Translations under genes and position numbers: made by a program | The notes under the pieces: generated by a model | What the model was told of the DNA's origin: nothing | Seen by the model: the letters and a program-made list of their open reading frames with translations, nothing else | The model's database searches: none | Shown: piece after piece, positions 26,319-34,964 of the stretch | Layout of the letters: each line of letters begins with the position of its first letter | Numbering within the stretch: the stretch's first letter is position 1 | NCBI GenBank assembly: GCA_035999525.1 | Contig: DASYGR010000089.1 | Location: 1-47,977 of the forward strand | Length of the DNA: 47,977 bases | Reading direction: 5' to 3' | Source: Terriglobales bacterium | GTDB lineage: Bacteria; Acidobacteriota; Terriglobia; Terriglobales; Acidobacteriaceae

Positions 26319-27947
26319 TCAGTTTTGTTCGCAGACAACCGTTCTCAACCTGGCCAAAGTCCATGCGAATGCTGCTAACGCGGCGCCCCAAAACAGGAAG
26401 GCAATTTTCACGACCCAGGCGGGAGCTTCGCCGACTCTCTTCAGCAGAAATGGTAGAAAATTCCAGGTGGTTATGTGAATGTAGTCCCACGGGTCTTCGG
26501 CCATGGCGTGGTTGTTCAGTCCCCACGCATCCATTTTGCCGAAGGCGAATGCAGCGATGTTCTTGACGCGAAGTGCGATGACAAACGTAGGATGGCCCAG
26601 AGTTTCCATCTGATAAATTTCCAACGGCAGCCAAAAAGCCAGGGAAGCAGTCTGTATGATCGTGCTCACCGATATGAGCACCATGCCGATTGCCCACACG
26701 AATCTTCCCAGTTCATGCCGGTATCGCAGCAACAGCGGTACCGAGATGAATGCCACCAATTCGGCCGCGGTTGAGACGTAGCGGTCTCCCCATGCGAAGT
26801 CGCCGCTCCACACTGTGTACTTCGCATAAAAGCAGATGTAGGCAAACAGTAGAAAAAATGCGGCGATCAAATACGATTTGATTTGCGGCGGGAATCTCTT
26901 CCAAGCAAGCACTACGATCAGTATCGTAAGCACCACAAGTGGGTCGAAGAGAAATATAGATTTCTCCGGGGCGAACAATGCACCGAAGAATCCAGCATGG
27001 AACGGCGTTTCGAATGGATAGTTCGGAGGGAGCGATGGATCCTGGAGCCGATGTTCCAGAGTGAAATAGTGGACGTAAGTGTTAGTGAACGACCCGAAAC
27101 GGTAGAACTGATAAAGGCGATCAATCAATAAAAATACCGCGTACACCGGCACTGTCGTTTTTAGATAAACAAGAGTTCGCTCCCACCATTGCTTCGAACC
27201 TGTCTGCTCAAAACAAAGGACAGCAATTAGAAAGACTGCTCCCGCAAGCAGATCGAGGCCTGTGGTAAGTCGAGTCAGCAGATTCAAGCCAAACGCTGTT
27301 GACCCAATCACCAGCGCTCGACGATTACCGCCGCGCAACCATTGATATTGAAATGCGAAACCAGTCAGTGTAAGCAGCTGGATGCAATTGTTTTCCATCA
27401 TGTTCTGGGTGTAGTGCAAGTGTGTAGTAGCGAACAGCAGAGCCAGAACTCCGGCAATGGACTGCCTAACACTGAATTCCAGCAGGCGCAGAAAACGGAA
27501 ACAGATCAGCGCGGTCAGTACATTAATCAGAATATTGGTGGTGTAACTGACGAAGATATTCCGAACACTTGGATCGTTGCCGTTATAGGTATCGAATACG
27601 TGCAACTTTTCAATATATGTGCCGATTATGTCGGCTGGCAACATGAGCAGCGGCTGGCCGATTCCATACCAGTCATAGAGCTTGCCTCCGCGGCCATGAG
27701 CCCCGAACTCCGGGTACTCTTGCGGAAAAACCGCTGGCTCCGAAGTAAAAAATGACGTCGCGGTCTGCAGGCGGTGCATAGTGTCGGCGCTGCCAAGTTC
27801 CCCAGACTGAACGACGAATGCGCCAACTGCCGCAGTGAGGCAGAGCAGAATTAAGGGGTCACTCAGCCAGCGGCGCAAAGAAGAAATCATGTGCCCGATG
27901 TTAAAGCACCCACGGCGAGACATCAAAGAACCCTGCAGCGACCGCAC
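26319..27947 (-). CDS. Large polytopic membrane protein, GT-C-type (ArnT/PMT-like) glycosyltransferase candidate
   Basis: The 542-aa product has about 12-13 TM segments with a long first extracytoplasmic loop. That architecture is typical of lipid-carrier-dependent glycosyltransferases, but I did not see a canonical DExxY motif. Alternative starts are ATG 27923 and ATG 27890. Confidence 0.45.
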   Translation of the reverse strand: MRSLQGSLMSRRGCFNIGHMISSLRRWLSDPLILLCLTAAVGAFVVQSGELGSADTMHRLQTATSFFTSEPAVFPQEYPEFGAHGRGGKLYDWYGIGQPLLMLPADIIGTYIEKLHVFDTYNGNDPSVRNIFVSYTTNILINVLTALICFRFLRLLEFSVRQSIAGVLALLFATTHLHYTQNMMENNCIQLLTLTGFAFQYQWLRGGNRRALVIGSTAFGLNLLTRLTTGLDLLAGAVFLIAVLCFEQTGSKQWWERTLVYLKTTVPVYAVFLLIDRLYQFYRFGSFTNTYVHYFTLEHRLQDPSLPPNYPFETPFHAGFFGALFAPEKSIFLFDPLVVLTILIVVLAWKRFPPQIKSYLIAAFFLLFAYICFYAKYTVWSGDFAWGDRYVSTAAELVAFISVPLLLRYRHELGRFVWAIGMVLISVSTIIQTASLAFWLPLEIYQMETLGHPTFVIALRVKNIAAFAFGKMDAWGLNNHAMAEDPWDYIHITTWNFLPFLLKRVGEAPAWVVKIAFLFWGAALAAFAWTLARLRTVVCEQN

Positions 27948-28115
27948 CGTTCAATTCGTTTAAAACTCGGAGTTTGACTCGGAAACTACGCCAAAGAATC
28001 TTCGGCTGAGATGAAGACGCGGTTGGCGTTGTCACACGACCACTGGCAGTTGTACATTAAGTTCGTTAAGGGATCTTCGAACTGGGGTTCGCGGATGAAT
28101 TGAGGAGAATCACCG

Positions 28116-28907
28116 ATGAAGAAACTTTTGCTGGTTGGATTGCTCGCTTCGTTGCTAGCGCCCACTGTCGCAACCGCTCAGAGTATGCTTGACGGCACAT
28201 GGAAATTTGACCTCAGCAAATCACAACTGCCTAAGAGACCTGACGAGTTTCTCTTGCAAAACGGCGTATATGAATGCCTAACGTGCGCTCCCCCGCTTAA
28301 AGTCAAGGCGAACGGTCAGGCTCAAAAGGTGACTGGGGAACCCTACTACGACAGCGTCAGTATAAGGATTGTGGACGACCGGACTATTGAGCAAATCGAA
28401 AAGAAGAATGGGAAGGCTGTTATAGTGGCGAAAACCACCGTTTCCCCGGATGGCAAGACAGCACAATTTGAATTCACCGATAGCAGTGCCACGAATGCCG
28501 ACCCGGTCGAAGGCAAAGGTGAATTAACGCGAGTGGCTAACGGCCCAGCTGGATCGCATGCCATCTCCGGCAAGTGGCGAACGACGAAGCTCGAGAACTT
28601 CTCGGATAACGGGGTCATGGTCACCTTCAAAACCGTGGGCGATACCTTGACCATGGTTAATCCGATCGGGCAGAATTACACCGCGAAACTCGATGGAACG
28701 GAAGCACCCTATAAGGGCGACCCAGGCACAACCACCGTATCGGTAAAGCGAATGGGGAACAATGGTATCGAAGAAACCGATAAGCTCAATGGGACGACTA
28801 CACATGTTTTCCGTATGACCGTAGCAGATGATGGCAAGACCATGACCGTTGCAGTGAATGACAAACTGCATGGAACCACCAGCGAGTATGTTGCCGAGAA
28901 ACAGTAA
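28116..28907 (+). CDS. Secreted hypothetical protein
   Basis: GAGGAG lies 8 nt upstream. The signal peptide is MKKLLLVGLLASLLAPTVATAQS. The mature part is strand-rich (DGTWKFDLSKSQ...). Confidence 0.65.
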   Translation: MKKLLLVGLLASLLAPTVATAQSMLDGTWKFDLSKSQLPKRPDEFLLQNGVYECLTCAPPLKVKANGQAQKVTGEPYYDSVSIRIVDDRTIEQIEKKNGKAVIVAKTTVSPDGKTAQFEFTDSSATNADPVEGKGELTRVANGPAGSHAISGKWRTTKLENFSDNGVMVTFKTVGDTLTMVNPIGQNYTAKLDGTEAPYKGDPGTTTVSVKRMGNNGIEETDKLNGTTTHVFRMTVADDGKTMTVAVNDKLHGTTSEYVAEKQ

Positions 28908-28989
28908 AGGTATTTCTCCCGCAACAGTGGGGTTGGCTTCGGTGTCGCGCTTTCAGGTCTTGTGATGAGTGTTTCCGCCTTAACAGGAT

Positions 28990-29026
28990 GGGCCGCGCCT
29001 TTCTAGTTGGAGCCTTGACGCGGCCC
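28990..29026. terminator. GC-rich inverted repeat between convergent genes (possible bidirectional terminator)
   Basis: GGGCCGCG (28990..28997) pairs with CGCGGCCC (29019..29026) across a 21-nt loop. There is no U-tract on either strand. Confidence 0.25.
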
Positions 29027-29047
29027 GCGGAGCGATCTACGTCATTG

Positions 29048-29428
29048 TCATTTCTGGCATGAGTCACTGACCATCTTTATTGCTGTGATTTTCATGTGGC
29101 CATGTTCAGTATCGCTTTTCGTCATGCCGCTGTCTTTCGCCATGTCTTTCGTGTCTTCTTTCATGTTATGCATCTTCGCATTGGACACCACTCCGGTCGC
29201 GTCTATCGTATGTCCGAGATGATCCGCCAAAGCCACAGCGCTGCTGCGGACTTCCCACGTGCTGCCGTCACTTGTAGTAAGCGTGAACTCGTCTGGACTG
29301 TCGCCTTTCGACAGGCATCCTGTGACTGTCCGTACGTCCGCCTTTGACTTTGCGTGCGCGGGACTGGAAAAGGCACCTACCGCTATCACAAGTGAACATA
29401 CCAGCAATAATCCGATTTTACGTTTCAT
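29048..29428 (-). CDS. Small secreted protein with a Met/His-rich C-terminal tail
   Basis: An AGGAGGAAAC-type Shine-Dalgarno element lies upstream. The signal peptide is MKRKIGLLLVCSLVIAVGAFSSPAHA. The tail reads AKMHNMKEDTKDMAKDSGMTKSDTEHGHMKITAIKM. Confidence 0.6.
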   Translation of the reverse strand: MKRKIGLLLVCSLVIAVGAFSSPAHAKSKADVRTVTGCLSKGDSPDEFTLTTSDGSTWEVRSSAVALADHLGHTIDATGVVSNAKMHNMKEDTKDMAKDSGMTKSDTEHGHMKITAIKMVSDSCQK

Positions 29429-29659
29429 GTTTCCTCCTTGTTGAAATTTCCTTGTCGAAGTAGAAACCTGTCCTGAAGTTGGGGCATCAAGCTAGTCTCA
29501 TGTCCGGGCATTGGATGCAGAAACACCGACCTTCGTTTTCCGTTGTTCCAAAGGATTAGGTTCTGCCGCGCCCTACCGCAAGGAGAAGAGCGCGTAGATG
29601 CATCAAACCCGCCCTGTCGCAAAGGAGCGACAAGAGTGGGGCGCTCTATGCAGGAATGT

Positions 29660-30421
29660 CTATCTAATCTGCGCCCCGCCTCGTCCGCGCTCGGCGCTTT
29701 CGCTGGCTAGAGCGCGTTCAGCTTGTTTCGCGGTGATTGGAACGGTTGGGCTTTGAATAACCGCAAATATACCGGCAGCCACCATCGCCCCGACGACAGG
29801 CGCAACGAGGAATAACCATAGCTGATTGATTGCCCATCCGCCGACGAACAACGCTGGACCGATGCTCCGGGCTGGATTCGCCGACATGTTGGTGATGGGT
29901 ATTCCCACCAGGTTAATCAAGGTGAGTACCAGACCAATGGCTACGCCAGCAAATCCTACCGGGGCTTTATTGTCGGTCGAACCGAGGACGGTGAGCACCA
30001 GGAACATGGTGAGTACAACTTCAGTTATGAACGCAGCGAGAAGAGAATATCCACCGGGCGAGTGCTCTCCGAAACCATTCGCTCCGAGGCCCGCGACAGT
30101 CGGATCGTAGCCGCCAGGAGCTCCCCGCGCAATCATCAGAATTAAAAATGCGGCGATGATCGAACCCGCAATTTGCGCAGCTATATACCCGGTGGCTTTG
30201 CGGGCGGCAATCTTTCGGTGTAGCAGTAGCCCGATAGTTACAGCTGGATTGAGGTGGCATCCAGAAATCGGCCCGATGGTGTAAACCATGGCAAGAAGCG
30301 ACAGGCCAAATGCAAATGCCACGCCCACGACGCCGATTTTGCTTCCTGCGATCACCGCACTTCCCACTCCGCCAAATACCAACACAAACGTACCAACCAG
30401 TTCGGCCAAATATTCTTTCAT
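29660..30421 (-). CDS. aqpZ: Aquaporin Z (MIP family water channel)
   Basis: Both NPA boxes are present (HLNPAVTIG and ANPARSIGPA). The N-terminus MKEYLAELVGTFVLVFGG is typical. AGGAGG lies 5 nt upstream of ATG 30421, so the longer track ORF to 30556 is rejected. Confidence 0.92.
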   Translation of the reverse strand: MKEYLAELVGTFVLVFGGVGSAVIAGSKIGVVGVAFAFGLSLLAMVYTIGPISGCHLNPAVTIGLLLHRKIAARKATGYIAAQIAGSIIAAFLILMIARGAPGGYDPTVAGLGANGFGEHSPGGYSLLAAFITEVVLTMFLVLTVLGSTDNKAPVGFAGVAIGLVLTLINLVGIPITNMSANPARSIGPALFVGGWAINQLWLFLVAPVVGAMVAAGIFAVIQSPTVPITAKQAERALASESAERGRGGAQIR

Positions 30422-30638
30422 GTGGCCTCCTCTAAATTGTGATCTGAAGAAATCGCGAGCAGTATTCACCACTGCCGGCTTTATTGCAACATTTCCCTGA
30501 AAAATTCTAGGGGGAAAGGATGGTGGCATGAGACGATTGACTTCGTTGCGGGCCAAAGTTAGGTTTCGATGGTTCGGATGTCCGGTCAGAATGGCAGGCT
30601 GAGGAGAATTCTTCGATAGGGAAATAAGAAATAAGCTT

Positions 30639-30977
30639 TCAAACGAAAGATTCTACAGCGGCGTTCTCGTCTGGGAAGACTTCGAACAGATTCAAAACTC
30701 CTACAAGGCGCAATACCTGGGCTGCGAATTTGGAAGGATTGACTAACTTCAGACCGCCTCCTCGCTGCTTCGCCGATACCATGTATTTCACGAGAAGACC
30801 GATGCCGCTGGAATCAATATGTGGCACGTCCGCCAGAATGACGACCACCTTGCTTTCGCCGGCCCCAAAAACCTCATCACAGGCGGAGCGCAATTCATCT
30901 ACCGGATCACCCAACCGGAGCGGACCGCGTAGTTGAATCACGCTGACGTCATTGCGCCTTCGGACGTTTATATCCAT
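30639..30977 (-). CDS. STAS-domain anti-sigma-factor antagonist (SpoIIAA/RsbV-like)
   Basis: The 112-aa product contains VIQLRGPL...VVILADVPHIDSSGIGLLV...GGGLKLVNP...VLRLVGVLNLFEVF. The conserved phosphorylatable Ser context is DSSGIG. Confidence 0.85.
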   Translation of the reverse strand: MDINVRRRNDVSVIQLRGPLRLGDPVDELRSACDEVFGAGESKVVVILADVPHIDSSGIGLLVKYMVSAKQRGGGLKLVNPSKFAAQVLRLVGVLNLFEVFPDENAAVESFV

Positions 30978-31221
30978 CGTGTCTCCTTGCTGAATACTTT
31001 CGATTACACTACTACAATTATTGCGGCAATGTAGAGCCGCCTGAGAGTAGCAGCGCGGAGTTTACGTTTCGACGATAATTCTTCATGCTTTGTGCGAGGC
31101 AGCGACATTGAGAACAAGCAAAATGATCTTTATTCCACGGAAACGCCAGCGTCCGTGCGAGGGCCTTGGGCATACGATTTCGCGATTGTCTAGACGGCTC
31201 GTCTGGCCCACAACCTCAGCG

Positions 31222-33000
31222 ATGAGATTGTTGAGTGCTGTGTGCGTATTGGCGGGGCTTGCTTCGGCCGAACCTGCACCCGCCAATCTTATTGCCAATG
31301 TTGCGGGAAGAACTACAACCAGCCTGGACGGTACCTGGAACACAATCGTGGATCCATATGACGGCGGAGTCAGCGCCCGCTTTTATCAGAACGCAAAACC
31401 GCGCAGTAAGAACGATCTGGTCGAATATGATTTTGACGCATCGCAAAAATTAAATGTGCCGGGCGATTGGAATTCGCAGCGCGAGTCGCTGTTTTTGTAC
31501 GAGGGCACGGTTTGGTATCAACGGTATTTTTCCTACTCAAAGCACCCACACAGCCGATTGTTTCTCTACTTTGGCGCGGCGAATTACGTGGCACGCGTCT
31601 GGGTGAATGGAGAAAAAGTAGGGGAGCATGTTGGGGGTTTCACTCCGTTCAATTTTGAGGTTACAAGCAACGTCGTCGAGGGCGATAACAGTGTGGTGGT
31701 TGAGGTGAATGACTTCCGCCAAGCTGACGGCATTCCCGCCCGGAATACGGATTGGTGGAACTACGGCGGCCTTACGAGAAGTGTTGACCTCATCGAAGTG
31801 CCTGAGAATTTTATTCAGGATTATTTTTTGCAATTGGCGAAGAATTCGCAGGACACAATTGCCGGGTGGGTGCGGCTTAATGGAGCATCGCAGGGCACCA
31901 AAATAACCATCGAAATTCCCGAGCTGCATCTCAAAGAAGCGGCCACTACTGATGCGAATGGCCTGGGCGAGTTTAGATTCCCTGCAAAACCACAACTGTG
32001 GTCGCCGGAGAATCCGAAACTCTACAGCGTTGTCGTCTCTGCGGCTGGAGATACTGTAAAAGATGAAATCGGGTTCCGCAGCATTGAAACACGAGGAACG
32101 CAGATAGTGCTCAACGGGAAGCCTATATTTCTTCGTGGGATCTCCATGCATGAAGAGGCGGCATTTCGAGGCGGACGCGCCTCTTCTGAAGAAGATGACA
32201 AGGTGCTGCTGGGATGGGCGCACGAACTGGGTTGTAATTTCGTTCGCTTCGCGCACTATCCTTACAACGAAGCCATGACGCGGCTGGCTGACCGCATGGG
32301 ACTGCTGGTGTGGTCCGAAATCCCTGTTTATTGGAGCATTGCATGGGAAAATCCGGACACGCTGGAAAACGCGAAAGAGCAGCTACGCGATGAAATTGAC
32401 CGAGATCACAATCGCGCATCGGTGATCTTGTGGTCGCTGTCCAATGAGACGCCACCATCCGAGACCGGGCGCACGGAATTTATAAAGTCGCTCGCACTGT
32501 ATGCCCGACAACTCGATCCTACCCGACTGCTAACGTCTGCGCTGAACCATACGGACAGAACGGGCCCCGATATCAGAACACTGAACGACCCCTTGGGAGA
32601 ATATCTGGATGTTTTAGGGCTGAACGAGTATGTGGGCTGGTACGAGGGAAGAGTCGAAGATACGGACCGAATTCAATGGCAAAGCTCCTATCAAAAGCCG
32701 CTAATTCTGAGCGAATTCGGCGCGGGCGCGGTTGCCGGGAAACACGGCGACGCCGAGACACGCTTTACGGAAGAGTATCAGGCGAATCTATTCGACCATC
32801 AGATCAACATGCTGAAGAAAATTCCGTTTTTGGCGGGAACGTCCCCATGGGTTTTAATGGATTTCCACTCCCCACGGCGCATGCTGCCCGGCATTCAGGA
32901 TTTCTACAACCGTAAAGGTTTGATTTCCAATCGCGGTCAGAGGAAAAAGGCCTTCTACGTGTTGCAGGAGTTCTATCAAGCGAAAGAGATTGAAAAATAG
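31222..33000 (+). CDS. Secreted glycoside hydrolase family 2 (beta-glucuronidase/beta-galactosidase-like)
   Basis: ATG 31222 gives the signal peptide MRLLSAVCVLAGLASA. The sugar-binding jelly-roll is marked by YEGTVWYQRYF and VWVNGEKVGEHVGGFTPFNFEV. The TIM barrel has the acid/base motif WSLSNET and the nucleophile motif LILSEFG. Confidence 0.88.
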   Translation: MRLLSAVCVLAGLASAEPAPANLIANVAGRTTTSLDGTWNTIVDPYDGGVSARFYQNAKPRSKNDLVEYDFDASQKLNVPGDWNSQRESLFLYEGTVWYQRYFSYSKHPHSRLFLYFGAANYVARVWVNGEKVGEHVGGFTPFNFEVTSNVVEGDNSVVVEVNDFRQADGIPARNTDWWNYGGLTRSVDLIEVPENFIQDYFLQLAKNSQDTIAGWVRLNGASQGTKITIEIPELHLKEAATTDANGLGEFRFPAKPQLWSPENPKLYSVVVSAAGDTVKDEIGFRSIETRGTQIVLNGKPIFLRGISMHEEAAFRGGRASSEEDDKVLLGWAHELGCNFVRFAHYPYNEAMTRLADRMGLLVWSEIPVYWSIAWENPDTLENAKEQLRDEIDRDHNRASVILWSLSNETPPSETGRTEFIKSLALYARQLDPTRLLTSALNHTDRTGPDIRTLNDPLGEYLDVLGLNEYVGWYEGRVEDTDRIQWQSSYQKPLILSEFGAGAVAGKHGDAETRFTEEYQANLFDHQINMLKKIPFLAGTSPWVLMDFHSPRRMLPGIQDFYNRKGLISNRGQRKKAFYVLQEFYQAKEIEK

Positions 33001-33138
33001 CAGCTTGAACGATTCAGTGAACAATCGCTTTCCGCTGTCCCCATCCTCCCGAAGATTCATCATTTATTAATATCTGCGCAACACTAATGCAACAGCGCTG
33101 TCGCATAATTTTCAGACACACGATTGTGTTTTAGAGCC

Positions 33139-33921
33139 ATGAGCCTTACGGGAATGAATCCCCAAATATTGGACGTAGAAAGAAACACGCTGCGACGAAG
33201 TGTCTTCGTGGTGGAAGACGACCCCGATATTGCCGGGCTGGTTTGTTTCCATTTGAATAGCTCGGGATACGCGACGAGATGGATTTCCAATTCCACGTCG
33301 GTCATCGAGGAAGCCGAGAAGGAGCGCCCTGCATTATTTCTGTTGGACATCATGATTCCCGGCAGTGACGGCATTGAACTCTGCCGCCACATCAGGGCAA
33401 ACAAGCAACTATCAGGAAGCCGAATCATCTTCCTCACCGCAAAAACAGGTGAGGCCGACCGTATTAAGGGCTTTGAACTGGGGGGAGATGATTACATCAC
33501 AAAGCCGTTTTCTCCCCGAGAATTGGTCGCCAGAGTAAGAGCAGTTCTCCGGCGCGCAGGTCAACCGGAACCGCCTGAAGTCCTCAATCTCGGACCAATC
33601 GAGATTGACGCTTCTTCCATGATCCTGCGGGTGGAGGGACGGACGGTTCTCACAACGGCGCGCGAATTCCGATTGCTACACTACCTTGCATGTCATCGCG
33701 CCCGCGTTTTTACACGCGATCAGTTGCTCGATGCGGTGTGGTCCGCTGGATGCTTCGTGACACCGCGATCGGTGGATGTTTATATGCGTCGCCTGCGAGA
33801 GAAGATCGAACCAGATCCGGAAAATCCCGTTTACTTGAAGACCGTGCGGGGAATTGGTTACCGCTTTGACGCTCCCAGAATTGACACGGCCGCTAGAAGA
33901 GGCTCAGGCGCAGCGGTTTGA
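33139..33921 (+). CDS. OmpR/PhoB-family DNA-binding response regulator
   Basis: The receiver domain has VFVVEDDPDI, LFLLDIMIPGSDG, IIFLTAK and ITKPF. The winged-helix domain has LTTAREFRLLHYLACH...VFTRDQLLDAVW...RSVDVYMRRLREKIE...TVRGIGYRF. No histidine kinase is adjacent. Confidence 0.9.
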   Translation: MSLTGMNPQILDVERNTLRRSVFVVEDDPDIAGLVCFHLNSSGYATRWISNSTSVIEEAEKERPALFLLDIMIPGSDGIELCRHIRANKQLSGSRIIFLTAKTGEADRIKGFELGGDDYITKPFSPRELVARVRAVLRRAGQPEPPEVLNLGPIEIDASSMILRVEGRTVLTTAREFRLLHYLACHRARVFTRDQLLDAVWSAGCFVTPRSVDVYMRRLREKIEPDPENPVYLKTVRGIGYRFDAPRIDTAARRGSGAAV

Positions 33922-34134
33922 GGGCGAATCGGGTGCTTTTATTGCGTCAGAGTTCCTGTTCAATGATCCTTCAGTAGTAATCCGAGTGGCTTTCGATATT
34001 TCTTTCGCAATGTTCAGCGCGGACTGATTTGCACGATTTGGTTCGTCTTCAGCGATCACGGAACTCGCCGCGAGCGTAAAAAGCAACGCGTCTTCCTGCC
34101 TGTCGAAATAGAGAACAACTTGACTAGCCGCCAT
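33904..34134 (-). CDS. Small hypothetical protein (76 aa)
   Basis: GGGAGG lies 8 nt upstream of ATG 34134. The ORF otherwise sits in a 430-nt gap. It overlaps the regulator gene's 3' end by 18 nt and shows no recognisable motif. Confidence 0.45.
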   Translation of the reverse strand: MAASQVVLYFDRQEDALLFTLAASSVIAEDEPNRANQSALNIAKEISKATRITTEGSLNRNSDAIKAPDSPSNRCA

Positions 34135-34351
34135 AGTGAAGACCTCCCGCCTGGCGATGGTGATCGAAACTCTTCCCTGTATGATAAGGCCTTCGCAGGA
34201 AAAACCGAGGGTACTCTCTTGGTGCGGCTAACTCAGAAGTACTCTTTAGGGTCGTGGGAGGGGGAAGAAGTTCCGGTGGACAAGCTCAGGAGTTTCCTAA
34301 AAGTAGTGGCGATGCCGAGGAGTGATTCTGGGCTAACGATTCTGCTGGACC

Positions 34352-34717
34352 CTAACGGGCAAATCTCTTTCGCACCAACCCACCCAACATAAGTAAGCCG
34401 GTACCGAACAGAGCAAGAGTTGAGGGTTCAGGCGTCTCAGAAACGACTGGTGGTGGGACGCGCAAACTAAATTGGTGCGGAGCAAAACCAGATGTTTGAA
34501 TCAGCCCAGTTGCACCATGAATTTGGTGATCGCCAAAGCTTGCGCCGTGGCTCTTTAGCGAAGAATTGAAGAGTCCCCCAACGTTGGCTTTAAACGATTG
34601 GGATACTCCGACGGTTCCGCCCACGATAGGGGTTGCACCGGCGGGCATAGCCAGCGCCAGCATTACGAAGGAACTGCAAGCGAGCGAGATCAGGAAACGA
34701 GCCATTTTCCCATCCAT
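34352..34717 (-). CDS. Small PEP-CTERM sorting-domain protein
   Basis: The C-terminus ...VSETPEPSTLALFGTGLLMLGGLVRKRFAR contains a PEP motif, a TM helix and a basic tail. The signal peptide is MARFLISLACSSFVMLALAMPAGA. The start is ATG 34717 or ATG 34705. Confidence 0.8.
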   Translation of the reverse strand: MDGKMARFLISLACSSFVMLALAMPAGATPIVGGTVGVSQSFKANVGGLFNSSLKSHGASFGDHQIHGATGLIQTSGFAPHQFSLRVPPPVVSETPEPSTLALFGTGLLMLGGLVRKRFAR

Positions 34718-34964
34718 ATCTGAATCGCTTCTGCCGGGGATGGGTCCCCTAGGCGAAATACACAATTCAGTGTCAGGAGTGCAGGTTGAAGGCCATTTGC
34801 AATGTATTGCAGGGATTGGGCTTAGGTCTTCGAGCGCATGCGCCTGTGAAATCATCTTCCCTTCCGAGCCAAGAATTGTTCTTACGGTACTGTGGTATGG
34901 ACGACAGGGGGATATGTCCAGTCAAGACCGAAACTTCTGCCGCGAAATGCTACATTGAGAGGTC

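Noticed and set aside
27963-27983. Small palindrome AAACT-CGG-AGTTT and a repeated ACTCGGA upstream of the GT-C-like gene.
   Set aside because: The arms are very short and easily explained by chance. There is no supporting promoter context.
34120-34392. 90-aa plus-strand ORF between the regulator gene and the PEP-CTERM gene.
   Set aside because: It has a TTG start without a Shine-Dalgarno and overlaps the PEP-CTERM gene's 3' end by 41 nt. The opposite-strand 76-aa ORF has a much better translation-initiation signal.
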